Shown in pieces: positions 35,082 to 44,574 of a stretch of 64,000 nt of DNA. The DNA is from an uncultured Planctomycetales bacterium. Its GTDB lineage: Bacteria > Omnitrophota > Gorgyraeia > Zapsychrales > CAYRXT01. How positions within the stretch are numbered: position 1 is the first letter of the stretch; each line of letters opens with the position of its first letter. Position numbers and translations under genes: made by a program. The notes below the pieces were generated by a model, which made no database searches, was not told the origin of the DNA, and saw only the letters and a program-made list of their open reading frames with translations. The stretch spans positions 5,407 through 69,406 of the forward strand of contig CAYRXT010000007.1 in NCBI GenBank assembly GCA_964428315.1. The letters are read 5' to 3'.

Positions 35082-36452
35082 TCATAAAGCCAGAGGCTTT
35101 TTCAATAACTCGACAACGTCTTCGAGCTTAATCCGGCGCGACCCCTTTACCAGCACGGCGTCCCCTCGATTCAGACACGTCTTCAAAAACCGCATCAGGG
35201 TGCCTTTATTATGAAAGTGCCTGGCCTCAAGCGCGGGATTGCGTCCTTTTGCGGTCTGAGATACGATACGTGCCTCCCGGCCGATTGTCAACACCAGATC
35301 AATATCGCAAGATGCGATTTGTGCGCCCAGGCGGCGATGCCAATGGGACGAACGCGGGCCCAGCTCCAGCATATCACCGCACACGAGCACCTTCCGGCCG
35401 CGGACATTGCGTTCAGATAGGGTCTTCACGGCACTGGAAAAGGAGAGCGGGTTGGCATTGTAGGTATCATCAATGACCGTAAGACCATGAAGGCAAAAAG
35501 TCCTCTGCCGGCCGGGCGGAAACACAAAATCCTTCAAGGCATCCTGCATGGTTCTTACAGGAATCTTAAGGATGCGGCCGCATAGAATACTGGCCGCGGC
35601 ATTGACCGCATTGTGCGTAACCGAGCTTTTCAACCGAAAGCGCCTCCTCAAAAAGGAAAAATGAAGAAACCGGTTCTCCTCAACCCGTATCCCGCTGATT
35701 GAAAACCTGCCTTCGCCGTTTTGGCCAAAACCGTAAAGTCGTTGGGACGAGACGCGCGTTTCGACCTTCCTCACAAACGGATCATCGCGATTATAAATCA
35801 CGGTTCCCCCTGGCCTCATGAAACGGACCAAATCAAATTTTTCCTCGAATACTCGTGAAGGCGATTTCAGAAACTCCAGATGGGCCGCACCGACATTCAG
35901 CAAGACAGCGACCGTCGGCTCACAGATCTTCGTCAAATAACGGATCTCTCCGAAATGGTTTGTGCCCAGTTCCACGACGCAAATGTCATGGCGAGGGCTC
36001 AACCGCAATAACGTCAGGGGGACACCGATATCGTTATTCTGTGTTCCTGCGTTCTTCAAAACCGTATATTTCCTCCGCAATATGGCGGCAGTCATTTCTT
36101 TGGTTGTTGTCTTGCCGGAACTGCCGGTCACCGCGATGACCGGTCCAGCAAAACGTCTTCTGACAAAGCGGGCGAGGTCTCCCAACGCCAGCCGCGTATC
36201 CCTGACGCAGATCACGCTGACCCCCGCGGGGCATCTGATCTTTCCGCGCTGTACAACAACAACCCTCACACCCTTTCCAACGACCTGAGGCAAAAATTCA
36301 TGCCCGTCGAAGCGTTTTCCCCGAAGGGCGACAAAAGCCTCCCCCCGCGTTATCTTCCGCGAGTCGATCGAAACCCCGCGGCATGTTCCTCCGGCAGGTC
36401 CTTTGACCAGCTCACCCCCTGTCGCCTCCACTATATCACTGATCTTCATCAT
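35082..36452 (-). CDS. murF: UDP-MurNAc-tripeptide--D-Ala-D-Ala ligase.
   Basis: AVTGSSGKTTTKEM; Mur ligase. Confidence 0.85.
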   Translation of the reverse strand: MMKISDIVEATGGELVKGPAGGTCRGVSIDSRKITRGEAFVALRGKRFDGHEFLPQVVGKGVRVVVVQRGKIRCPAGVSVICVRDTRLALGDLARFVRRRFAGPVIAVTGSSGKTTTKEMTAAILRRKYTVLKNAGTQNNDIGVPLTLLRLSPRHDICVVELGTNHFGEIRYLTKICEPTVAVLLNVGAAHLEFLKSPSRVFEEKFDLVRFMRPGGTVIYNRDDPFVRKVETRVSSQRLYGFGQNGEGRFSISGIRVEENRFLHFSFLRRRFRLKSSVTHNAVNAAASILCGRILKIPVRTMQDALKDFVFPPGRQRTFCLHGLTVIDDTYNANPLSFSSAVKTLSERNVRGRKVLVCGDMLELGPRSSHWHRRLGAQIASCDIDLVLTIGREARIVSQTAKGRNPALEARHFHNKGTLMRFLKTCLNRGDAVLVKGSRRIKLEDVVELLKKPLAL

Positions 36453-37903
36453 CCCAGGATCTTTCGGATTTCTTCACGGTCATCGAAATGCTGTCTGGTC
36501 TTGCCGAATATCTGATAATCTTCGTGCCCTTTTCCCGCGACAAGGACGATGTCACCGGCCGCGGCCGACCCGATGGCCCTTCGGATAGCCTCGGCCCTGT
36601 CGGGGATCTCTTCACAAGGTGTTCGACGGATGCCGGAACGTATCTGGCGAATAATGCCCATGGCATCCTCTCCCCGCGGATTGTCATTCGTCAAAAATAT
36701 TCGGCTGCACCAATTGTCGGCCACAGCCCCCATTTTCGGCCGTTTCTCTTTGTCCCTGTCTCCGCCGCAGCCGAAGACGAGCAAGACAGGGCGATCAGCG
36801 ATTGTCTTCAAATTGGAAAGGACGTTCTCCAAAGCGTCTTCGGTATGCGCGTAATCCACAAAAACATGGAAACCCGCATCAGCGGATATATGTTCCAGAC
36901 GTCCCGGGACACCCTGCAGGCCCTCGATCCCATTTTTGATCAGTTTGAGATCAAAGCCTTCGCTCTTCGCCCAGGCAGCGGACGCCAGGATATTGTACAC
37001 ATTATGCCGGCCAATCAGGCTGGTCCGGATAGCCTGCTCCCCTCCGTCCTTTGTCTTAATGACTAAACACGTCCCCCCAAGGTCCAAATGGATATCTTCT
37101 GCCCAGACATCACATCCGCTCAGGCAGCCGTAAGTCACCGCGGTCTTCCCGGACAAAGAGAGAATCCTTTGACCGTAAGGATCATCCCGGTTGATAACGG
37201 CCGTTCCTTCCGGAACCAATATATCAAACAAATGCTTCTTGGCACGGAAATAGTCCTCCATGGTCGTATGATAATCCAGATGGTCCTGCGTCAGGTTGGT
37301 AAAAACCGCCGACCGAAAGGCAATCGCATCCACACGTCCCTGATGCAGTGCATGGGAAGACACTTCCATAAAACAGTAGTCGGTGCGCCGCAGAGCCATC
37401 TCGGCCAGATACTCCTGGCTGTCGATCAATCCGGGTGTCGTATTGCGGCAGGGGAACATCTCCGTGCCGATACGGTAATTCACGGTTCCGATCACGCCGC
37501 AGGATCTCTTCGCCCGGCCGGCAATTGATTCGCACAGATAGGTAATGGTAGTTTTGCCGTTGGTTCCGGTAATCCCGACGACCTTAACCCGCCGGCTGGG
37601 ATGACCGAAAAACCGCTGTGCGACAACGGCCAGGGCATCACCGGGAAAGGCAACCTTCCAGTGAAAAACACCGGGGTCAGGGATATCGGGATATCCCGGG
37701 GCCGTGACGATGACGGCCGCGCCTTTGGCAACGGCCTCGGGGATATAATCCTCGCCGTTGACCTCGGGCCCTTTCAGGGCAAAGAAGACCGCCCCCGGAC
37801 GTATTCGTCGGGAATCTGACGCGACCTGCGTGATGTCTTTTTCGAGCCATTCTGACGGGACGGTCTCTTCCCCGATTCCCTCAATGAGGGCCTTCAGACG
37901 CAT
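36449..37903 (-). CDS. murE: UDP-MurNAc-L-Ala-D-Glu--2,6-diaminopimelate ligase.
   Basis: GITGTNGKTT…DNPR. The preferred start is MRLKALIEG at 37903. Confidence 0.9.
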   Translation of the reverse strand: MRLKALIEGIGEETVPSEWLEKDITQVASDSRRIRPGAVFFALKGPEVNGEDYIPEAVAKGAAVIVTAPGYPDIPDPGVFHWKVAFPGDALAVVAQRFFGHPSRRVKVVGITGTNGKTTITYLCESIAGRAKRSCGVIGTVNYRIGTEMFPCRNTTPGLIDSQEYLAEMALRRTDYCFMEVSSHALHQGRVDAIAFRSAVFTNLTQDHLDYHTTMEDYFRAKKHLFDILVPEGTAVINRDDPYGQRILSLSGKTAVTYGCLSGCDVWAEDIHLDLGGTCLVIKTKDGGEQAIRTSLIGRHNVYNILASAAWAKSEGFDLKLIKNGIEGLQGVPGRLEHISADAGFHVFVDYAHTEDALENVLSNLKTIADRPVLLVFGCGGDRDKEKRPKMGAVADNWCSRIFLTNDNPRGEDAMGIIRQIRSGIRRTPCEEIPDRAEAIRRAIGSAAAGDIVLVAGKGHEDYQIFGKTRQHFDDREEIRKILG

Positions 37904-39581
37904 AGGCCTCCTCCGGCAAAGTGTCAAGATATCTTATGACATCCCCCGCCACTTTCCGAAAGACCGGAGCCGCCACAGTGCCCCCGAAGTGATCCGGGTG
38001 CGGTTCGTCGAAAAGGACCACCATGGCGATCTGCGGATCCTCGACAGGCGCAAATCCGATAAATGTGGCATAAAACTTGGAGTGAGAATAAACGCCATCG
38101 ACCACTTTTTGGGCCGTGCCGGTTTTACCGGCCACGGGGATATCATCGATAGCTGCCCGGCGACCGGTTCCCTGCTTAACGACTCTTTGGAGTATCTTTT
38201 TCATACGCAGAGCCGTCGCCCGGCTGATCACCCTTCCTCGTTCACGTGGCTCATATGTTCTTATGACCTCACCCCGCTGATCTTGAATGTATTTTACCAC
38301 AAAAGGTTTCATGGAGAGGCCGTCATTGGCAACCGAGGCGACAGCGCAAACCAACTGAAGTGCCGTAACGGTGACCTCATGTCCGATGGGAACGGCTGCG
38401 ATCGAGACCCTGGACCAGCGCGACGGCGGCTTGACCACGCCTTCGACTTCACCCAGAAGGTCAATACCGGTTTGCTGGCCAAAGCGGAAAAACCTCGCGT
38501 ATTTATAGACCACATCACTTCCGAGGGCCTGAGCGATCTTTGTCACACCGATATTGCTGGACTGTTCAAACACCTCGCTGAAGGTCAGGGTGCCATGCGG
38601 CCTGTGATCATGCAGGATATGCGGTCCGACCCTGTAAGATCCTTGTTCGCAATAAAAGGTGTCTTCCTCGGTGAATTTCCCTTCCTCGAGAGCGGCAGCC
38701 ATTGCGACGATCTTGAAAACCGATCCGGGTTCATACATATCATGGATAGCGCGGTTGCGGCGGACATCCGCCTCGCTATTGCGCACATCTTCCAGATCAT
38801 AGGTCGGCCGGCTCGCCATGGCCAAAATCTCACCGGTCTTCGGGGCGATCATGACAAGCGCTGCCCCTTTGGCGTTATGTTGTTCAAAGGCTTCGTCTAA
38901 AGCACGCTCGGCCAAATACTGGATGGTCTCATCGATCGTAAGGACCAGATCCATTCCGTCTTTGGGCGGAAGAAAATCCTTTTCTATCATCAGTTCGCGA
39001 TGACGCGCATCTTTCAGAATACGCGTGAAGCCGGCGTTGCCTTTCAAGTAGCTGTTATACTGTTTCTCCAACCCCTCAAGGCCTTCGTTCTCCAGACCGG
39101 CAAATCCTATCACGTGCGCCGCCAGACTCTTGTTGGGATAATACCTTTTGCTCTCTTTTCTGAATCCCAGCCCCCGCAATTTTAAATGTTCAATCTCTTT
39201 GGCTTTCTGTGGGTTGAGTTTTCTTTTAAGCCATATGAAATATTTGTCCCGGTCAAGCCGCTCGCGCAGGTATGTTCCGCTTACATCCAGGACCTCCGGC
39301 AAACTCTCGATCACCTCCTCTTTATCCTGATGACGCATCGTCTTCGGCTGGGCGTAAAGGGAATAGGCCGCCACGTTCAAGGCCATGGGTTTTCCGTTCC
39401 GGTCGTAAATGGTTCCCCGTTTGGGCTCCAGCTGGATAAAAAAGTTGTGCTGTCTTTGCGCCAACTTCGCCAGATGCTCCGAACGGAAGACCTGGATCAA
39501 AACCAGACGGACGCCAAAATAAAAAAGACAGAAGATAAGGCATAAAAATACGAGGATAAACCGTAAAGAGCGTTTATTCAT
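37881..39581 (-). CDS. ftsI: Penicillin-binding protein (transpeptidase) FtsI/PBP3-like.
   Basis: SVFK (SXXK), SSN and KTGT motifs; N-terminal TM. Confidence 0.85.
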   Translation of the reverse strand: MNKRSLRFILVFLCLIFCLFYFGVRLVLIQVFRSEHLAKLAQRQHNFFIQLEPKRGTIYDRNGKPMALNVAAYSLYAQPKTMRHQDKEEVIESLPEVLDVSGTYLRERLDRDKYFIWLKRKLNPQKAKEIEHLKLRGLGFRKESKRYYPNKSLAAHVIGFAGLENEGLEGLEKQYNSYLKGNAGFTRILKDARHRELMIEKDFLPPKDGMDLVLTIDETIQYLAERALDEAFEQHNAKGAALVMIAPKTGEILAMASRPTYDLEDVRNSEADVRRNRAIHDMYEPGSVFKIVAMAAALEEGKFTEEDTFYCEQGSYRVGPHILHDHRPHGTLTFSEVFEQSSNIGVTKIAQALGSDVVYKYARFFRFGQQTGIDLLGEVEGVVKPPSRWSRVSIAAVPIGHEVTVTALQLVCAVASVANDGLSMKPFVVKYIQDQRGEVIRTYEPRERGRVISRATALRMKKILQRVVKQGTGRRAAIDDIPVAGKTGTAQKVVDGVYSHSKFYATFIGFAPVEDPQIAMVVLFDEPHPDHFGGTVAAPVFRKVAGDVIRYLDTLPEEAYASEGPH

Positions 39582-39660
39582 GGATGGAGGCCAAGGACTG
39601 TACTCAGGATCACTTTTGACTCAAAAATCGGAATGCCTGATGGAATAATGGACGATCGGA

Positions 39661-40047
39661 CTATTTGCGAACGGTCCGGGCTTCAGCCTGAGCCTTCAGG
39701 GAGAACAAGTTCGAGAGAAATGCCAGTCCCCGATTCCTTTGACGGGAGAAGGCCAACGCCTTCTGTTCTGTTTCTTTCGCGGGTGTTGTGACCAAAACGA
39801 TTTGCGTCCTTTCCATGAACTGCATTTCCGAATCTTCGTTCAACAGCTTTACGCCGAGATGGTTCGCTGATTTCAACGCGCAGATGTTATACATGACATC
39901 ACCGTTGTCGTCTTTTAACCGCTGAATGATTTTTTCCCTTTGTTTCCCCTGATAGGCGAGATGGAAGATCTGGACCTGAAGCTGGATATAAACCAAGGCC
40001 GTTAACGTGATCCCTATCATAAAAATAAGAAATTTGGATAATCTCAT
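39661..40047 (-). CDS. ftsL: FtsL-like cell division protein.
   Basis: 128 aa with one N-terminal TM and a coiled coil; sits between rsmH and ftsI. Confidence 0.6.
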   Translation of the reverse strand: MRLSKFLIFMIGITLTALVYIQLQVQIFHLAYQGKQREKIIQRLKDDNGDVMYNICALKSANHLGVKLLNEDSEMQFMERTQIVLVTTPAKETEQKALAFSRQRNRGLAFLSNLFSLKAQAEARTVRK

Positions 40048-40949
40048 GATATCCTTTCTGCGGCACGAAAGCGTGCACTTCTTGAACGTGGGTTGCTTTG
40101 CAATTCTCGGGGATCGGGTCGCAAAGGCTTCTTCGTTATCGTCCTTAACGTTCCCTGCTGGATCAAGTGGCGGAATCTCTGCTTCACCATCCTGTCTTCC
40201 AGGGAATGAAAGGCGATCACCCCAATCCTCCCCCCTTCTTTGAGAAGTGCGACGGCCTTGTCCAGCCCCAGATCCAACGCCTCTAATTCGCGGTTGACGG
40301 CAATCCGGAAAGCCTGGAATGTCCTTGTCGCAGGATGAATGCGTGACCGCTGATAACGCTGGGGAATGGCCTGAAGAACGATTTCCGTCAAATCATGCGT
40401 TGATTCAATGGGACGCCTCTCTCTGTGCCGAACAATGTAATGCGCAATACGATGATGCCAGCGTTCTTCCCCGTAATTCTTCAAGATATAGACTATCTCC
40501 CGTTCGGAAAGCGAATTGACCAAATCGAAGGCCGTGATGAATCCGTCCTGGTCCATGCGCATGTCCAGGGGGCCCTGTTCACGCAGACTGAATCCTCTGT
40601 CGGGCCTGTCAAGCTGAAAACTGGAAAGGCCAAGATCAAACAGGATAACATCGACTTTTTTGTATCCGGCCCTGGCCACGATTACGTCGATATCACGAAA
40701 ATCTCCTTTGAACAGTTTGACAGGCACAGACAATGCCTTCAGCCGTTTCTCGGCCAGATGCAGCGATCGTCCGTCTCGGTCCAGGCCGATGATCTGTCCC
40801 CGTGACGACAGCCGGCCGGCAATGGCGCGGGCGTGACCTCCTGTGCCGAGCGTGCAATCCACAACGCAATCCCCCGGCCGCGGATCCAGACACCGCAGGA
40901 CCTCGTCGACCATGACGGGAATATGGATTGTCTCCTCTTCCATGGACAA
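40044..40949 (-). CDS. rsmH: 16S rRNA (cytosine1402-N4)-methyltransferase.
   Basis: RsmH/MraW motifs (…VDCTLGTGGH…). Confidence 0.9.
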   Translation of the reverse strand: MSMEEETIHIPVMVDEVLRCLDPRPGDCVVDCTLGTGGHARAIAGRLSSRGQIIGLDRDGRSLHLAEKRLKALSVPVKLFKGDFRDIDVIVARAGYKKVDVILFDLGLSSFQLDRPDRGFSLREQGPLDMRMDQDGFITAFDLVNSLSEREIVYILKNYGEERWHHRIAHYIVRHRERRPIESTHDLTEIVLQAIPQRYQRSRIHPATRTFQAFRIAVNRELEALDLGLDKAVALLKEGGRIGVIAFHSLEDRMVKQRFRHLIQQGTLRTITKKPLRPDPRELQSNPRSRSARFRAAERIS

Positions 40950-41005
40950 GATATGAATCTTCTCCCCCTTGTCTATTACGAAAACAGGATGAATACGGAA
41001 CCGGC

Positions 41006-41446
41006 TTACTCGCTTTCGAAGATCTTCTCGGCAATCTCTTCAAACACGGCGGCTGAATTCGTATACATAGACCGCCAGGCGTCCGTATCCCAGATCTCGA
41101 TGCGGTTGGAAAGACCGATGAGCGTAGTCTCCTTCTTGATGCCCGCGAATTCCTTCAAGAATGTCGGGATAATGAAACGCCCCTGCCTGTCAGGAACCAC
41201 ATCGGCCGCGCCGGAGAAAAACATCCGGTGAAACGTTCTGGTTTGCTGTTTAGTAAACGAAAGGTTTTTGAACTTCTGTTCCTGAAGACGCCATTCGTCT
41301 TCGGTGAACATGAAGACGCATTTATCCAGACCGCGGGTGAGAAAAAATCGTTCTATGCCGTATTCTTTGGCAGAATCCCGAAAGCGGGCCGGCAGAATTA
41401 AGCGGCCCTTTCGGTCGAGATGATGCGAATATTCTCCATAAAACAT
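41006..41446 (-). CDS. mraZ: Transcriptional regulator MraZ.
   Basis: Two DXXXR-like MraZ repeats; MFYGEYSHHLDRKGRLILP. Confidence 0.9.
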   Translation of the reverse strand: MFYGEYSHHLDRKGRLILPARFRDSAKEYGIERFFLTRGLDKCVFMFTEDEWRLQEQKFKNLSFTKQQTRTFHRMFFSGAADVVPDRQGRFIIPTFLKEFAGIKKETTLIGLSNRIEIWDTDAWRSMYTNSAAVFEEIAEKIFESE

Positions 41447-41464
41447 GACGGTCCCAAGATGTTA

Positions 41465-41490
41465 AACCACTTTCCACCACTTTACCCCAC
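41465..41490 (-). promoter_or_regulatory. Putative MraZ operator: three direct GTGG[GT] repeats at 10-bp spacing.
   Basis: Minus strand aGTGGGgtaaaGTGGTggaaaGTGGTtt, immediately downstream of the -10 box and upstream of the mraZ ATG. The arrangement matches the E. coli Pmra/MraZ box layout. Confidence 0.55.
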
Positions 41491-41498
41491 TCTATGGG

Positions 41499-41527
41499 CA
41501 GTATAGTGAACCCCTCTCCTTTTGTCA
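41499..41527 (-). promoter_or_regulatory. Sigma70 promoter of the dcw (mra) operon.
   Basis: Minus strand TTGACA-17 nt-TATACT. Confidence 0.6.
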
Positions 41528-41633
41528 ATCTGCAAATGGCATATTTTGACGGAAGGACAAAAAGTAAAAAAACCAGTGTAACGTTCAATGAAGGTTAACT
41601 AAAGGGGGAAATCTGAAAGGGGGTTTCTATAAC

Positions 41634-42590
41634 TTAAGCATTATTAATAAGATGGATCAATTTACATTCTTTGACACATCGCTTGACTTTGCGGATATCC
41701 CGTTCAATCTGCCGTATGAGAGAGTTTTCATTTTGGAAGACTCTTTCCTCTCTGATCTTCTTATAAAAAAGGACCTCTATCCATTGTTGGTATAAGCTAT
41801 CCTGAAGATCAAAGATATGCACTTCCACTACGGGCCGGGCACCACGCCGGCTAAACGACGGGCGAGATCCGACATTCGCGATACCCCATAACTTGCTTTT
41901 TTTCCATATCACCGAAACACAATAGACGCCAAAAGGCGGCAATATCTCTTCGGTCGGCACGAGGTTTGCCGTCGGAAAGCCTAACCGGGTTCCCCGGCGT
42001 TCTCCTCTTTCAACCCGACCCCAGATGGACGGCGGCCGGCCCAAGAGGGATCCCGCCTGTCCGAGTTTTCCTTCAGCGATCAACCTCCTTATCTTGCTGC
42101 TACTGATCACCGCGCGGCCTTTGCGGACGGGGCTCATGCTGTTAACCGTAATTCCGGCCGCCTCAAGGCGTTGCTTCAACATGGAGATATCGCCACGGCG
42201 TTCCCGTCCGAAACGAAAGTCATATCCCACATAGATTGAGTGCGGATTAAGCCTTCGCATCACATGCTCAATAAATCGCTCCGCCGTGAGCCGGGAAAAA
42301 GACTTGGTGAACCTCATAACAAGACACACGTCCACTCCCAGATAGGCAATCAGTTGAAGTCTGTGCGCAAGCGAAACGATCAGCGGCGGGGACTGGCGGG
42401 GACACACTACGGTCAAAGGATGCGGATAAAAAGTCATAACGACGGCCTGTCGGCCGCTCCGGCGCGCCCGTCGCCGCATAGTCCTGATGATGTGTTGATG
42501 GCCGACGTGAACACCGTCGAAAACACCGATGGCCAGACACGGCCTGTTCAGTCTTACCTTAGTGAGAGAATTGCCGTAAATGACTTTCAT
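41634..42590 (-). CDS. ribF: Bifunctional riboflavin kinase / FAD synthetase.
   Basis: IGVFDGVHVGHQ…; C-terminal riboflavin kinase domain. The start is trimmed from the track (42761) to MKVIYG at 42590, overlapping the truB 3' end. Confidence 0.8.
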   Translation of the reverse strand: MKVIYGNSLTKVRLNRPCLAIGVFDGVHVGHQHIIRTMRRRARRSGRQAVVMTFYPHPLTVVCPRQSPPLIVSLAHRLQLIAYLGVDVCLVMRFTKSFSRLTAERFIEHVMRRLNPHSIYVGYDFRFGRERRGDISMLKQRLEAAGITVNSMSPVRKGRAVISSSKIRRLIAEGKLGQAGSLLGRPPSIWGRVERGERRGTRLGFPTANLVPTEEILPPFGVYCVSVIWKKSKLWGIANVGSRPSFSRRGARPVVEVHIFDLQDSLYQQWIEVLFYKKIREERVFQNENSLIRQIERDIRKVKRCVKECKLIHLINNA

Positions 42591-43221
42591 TGACATTGTC
42601 CAAAGAAACAGCGTCCTTGAGAGTGTAGGGACCAACACGGGTGCGTTTGATTTGGACAATGCATCCTCCGCATCCGCACATCTCCCCCGCATCTTCGGCA
42701 ATCTTGCGGACATAGGTCCCCTTTGAGCATTCAAGGATAAAGCGGACGTCCGGCGGGACAAAGTCCAGCACCCTCAAGCTGTGGATACGGACCCGCCGTG
42801 GGGCGCGCTTCACCTCGATGCCCTTCCGGGCCAGCTTGTAGAGACGTTGTCCCTGAATTTTAACGGCCGAATACATCGGCGGAACCTGCTCGATCTCACC
42901 GGTCATGTCTTTAAATATTTTTTCGATTTGTTCCCGGCCGACATGGGCATAGGACGCCGTACGGGTCACCTTCCCGTTAATGTCTGCCGAATCGGTGGTC
43001 ATCCCCAGACGCAATACGGCCTCATAGGCCTTATCCATATTCACGAACCGTCCGAAAAGTTTTGTCGATTGGCCAACGAGAACAATGAGGATGCCGGTCG
43101 CTAAGGGGTCAAGGGTCCCGGCATGACCCACCCGGCGCATTTTAAATTTCCTGCGAACTCGGTCGACGACGTCATGCGACGTCAACCGGATCGGTTTGTC
43201 CACAACGAGAATCCCTTCCAT
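42559..43221 (-). CDS. truB: tRNA pseudouridine(55) synthase.
   Basis: …HAGTLDPLATG… catalytic Asp motif. Confidence 0.9.
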   Translation of the reverse strand: MEGILVVDKPIRLTSHDVVDRVRRKFKMRRVGHAGTLDPLATGILIVLVGQSTKLFGRFVNMDKAYEAVLRLGMTTDSADINGKVTRTASYAHVGREQIEKIFKDMTGEIEQVPPMYSAVKIQGQRLYKLARKGIEVKRAPRRVRIHSLRVLDFVPPDVRFILECSKGTYVRKIAEDAGEMCGCGGCIVQIKRTRVGPYTLKDAVSLDNVNESHLRQFSH

Positions 43222-44193
43222 CTATTTCTCCAGTATCTTGTCAAGCTTACGGTGAACGCGCGCCTTGGCCTCGGGAAGCGTGGTCTGCAGGGAACAACCG
43301 CTGGCCCTTTTGTGGCCGCCGCCGCCGAAAAAAGCCGCCAGCCGGGCCACATCAACCTTCTGTTGAGAACGGAAATTCACCCTCGTGAAGCGCCTCTCTT
43401 CCTCAGTAAAGATGATAATGACTTCAATGCCTTTTATGGCGCGCAGAAAGGTAAAAATCCTGTCACGCAGGTCAAAATGGGAGGAAAACTTGTCAATGTC
43501 TTTCTGTTGAAGGACAACCGTCACCGCCCGTCCGCGATGGCTGATCTCGAAAGAATTGACAAGTTTTGAAAAAACCCGGAAGTCCTCCAGCGGGATGCGT
43601 TCGTAGATTTGGTGGTATATGCTCTGAACCGAAAATCTGAATTGCATGAGTTCGCTGACAACTCGGTGCGTCTGGGCCGTCGTACTGTCGTATCGAAAAG
43701 AACCGGTATCGGTCATGATACCCATATAAAGCTGTTTGGCGATTGTGGCGTTTATCCTGAAGCCCGCTTTCTTCAAAAGAAGGTGCACGACTTCAGCCGT
43801 CGAAGACGCCCCTTGCTCAACCAGATTAATATGTCCGAATCCCGTGTTGGTCAGATGATGGTCAATATTGACCACGGGGACGTTTTCGTCAATCAGTTGT
43901 CTGACACGGCCAATCCGGTTCAAGTCCCCGCAATCCACAATCACCGCCGCATCAAAAGGGGCCATCCGTCTTGGCCGGTAAGTCCGAATGGCGCGGATAC
44001 CGGGTATAAAATCATACATCCCTTCATTACGTTCCTCATTGACAATAACAGCCGTCTTGTGCATTGAGCGCAAAAAAGCCGCCATGACAAGTTCGGAACT
44101 CAAGGCGTCGATATCGGGGCGCACGTGTGAACTGATGAGGAACCTGCGGTATTTCGGGTCACGCAACATCCTGATAGCCCCGGACATGCTCAT
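43222..44193 (-). CDS. nrnA: DHH/DHHA1 phosphoesterase (NrnA-like bifunctional oligoribonuclease / pAp phosphatase).
   Basis: …HVRPDIDALSS…DHH…GGGGH. Confidence 0.75.
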   Translation of the reverse strand: MSMSGAIRMLRDPKYRRFLISSHVRPDIDALSSELVMAAFLRSMHKTAVIVNEERNEGMYDFIPGIRAIRTYRPRRMAPFDAAVIVDCGDLNRIGRVRQLIDENVPVVNIDHHLTNTGFGHINLVEQGASSTAEVVHLLLKKAGFRINATIAKQLYMGIMTDTGSFRYDSTTAQTHRVVSELMQFRFSVQSIYHQIYERIPLEDFRVFSKLVNSFEISHRGRAVTVVLQQKDIDKFSSHFDLRDRIFTFLRAIKGIEVIIIFTEEERRFTRVNFRSQQKVDVARLAAFFGGGGHKRASGCSLQTTLPEAKARVHRKLDKILEK

Positions 44194-44564
44194 CCTGCCT
44201 CTCCCTTCGAACTGCCGCCTTCATCTTGGTGTTGACGGATGTCCTGCATCACCTTTTCCAAACGCAAGCGGTCTTCAAGAGATTGATCAAAAATGAAATT
44301 CAGCTGCGGGATATACCTCAAACGAACCCGCTGTCCCACCAAGCGGCGGATATATCCGCTGGCCCTGCTCAGCCCCTTCTGCGTTTCTTTGATCTGAGAC
44401 TCTTGTCCCAAGACGGTAAAAAACACCTTGGCGTGTTGAAGGTCTTTGCTCACCTCGACGCGCGTGATGGTGACGAAACCCAGGCGGGGATCCCGCACCT
44501 CCGTCTGCACGATATCAGAAAGTTCCTTTTTTACTGTTTGATTAACCCGTTCAATCCTGCTCAT
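44190..44564 (-). CDS. rbfA: Ribosome-binding factor A.
   Basis: RbfA KH-like domain. Confidence 0.9.
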   Translation of the reverse strand: MSRIERVNQTVKKELSDIVQTEVRDPRLGFVTITRVEVSKDLQHAKVFFTVLGQESQIKETQKGLSRASGYIRRLVGQRVRLRYIPQLNFIFDQSLEDRLRLEKVMQDIRQHQDEGGSSKGEAG

Positions 44565-44574
44565 GGTCGTTCCT

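Noticed and set aside
37758-38900. 380-aa plus-strand ORF
   Set aside because: Antisense to ftsI, which has the SXXK/SSN/KTGT motifs.
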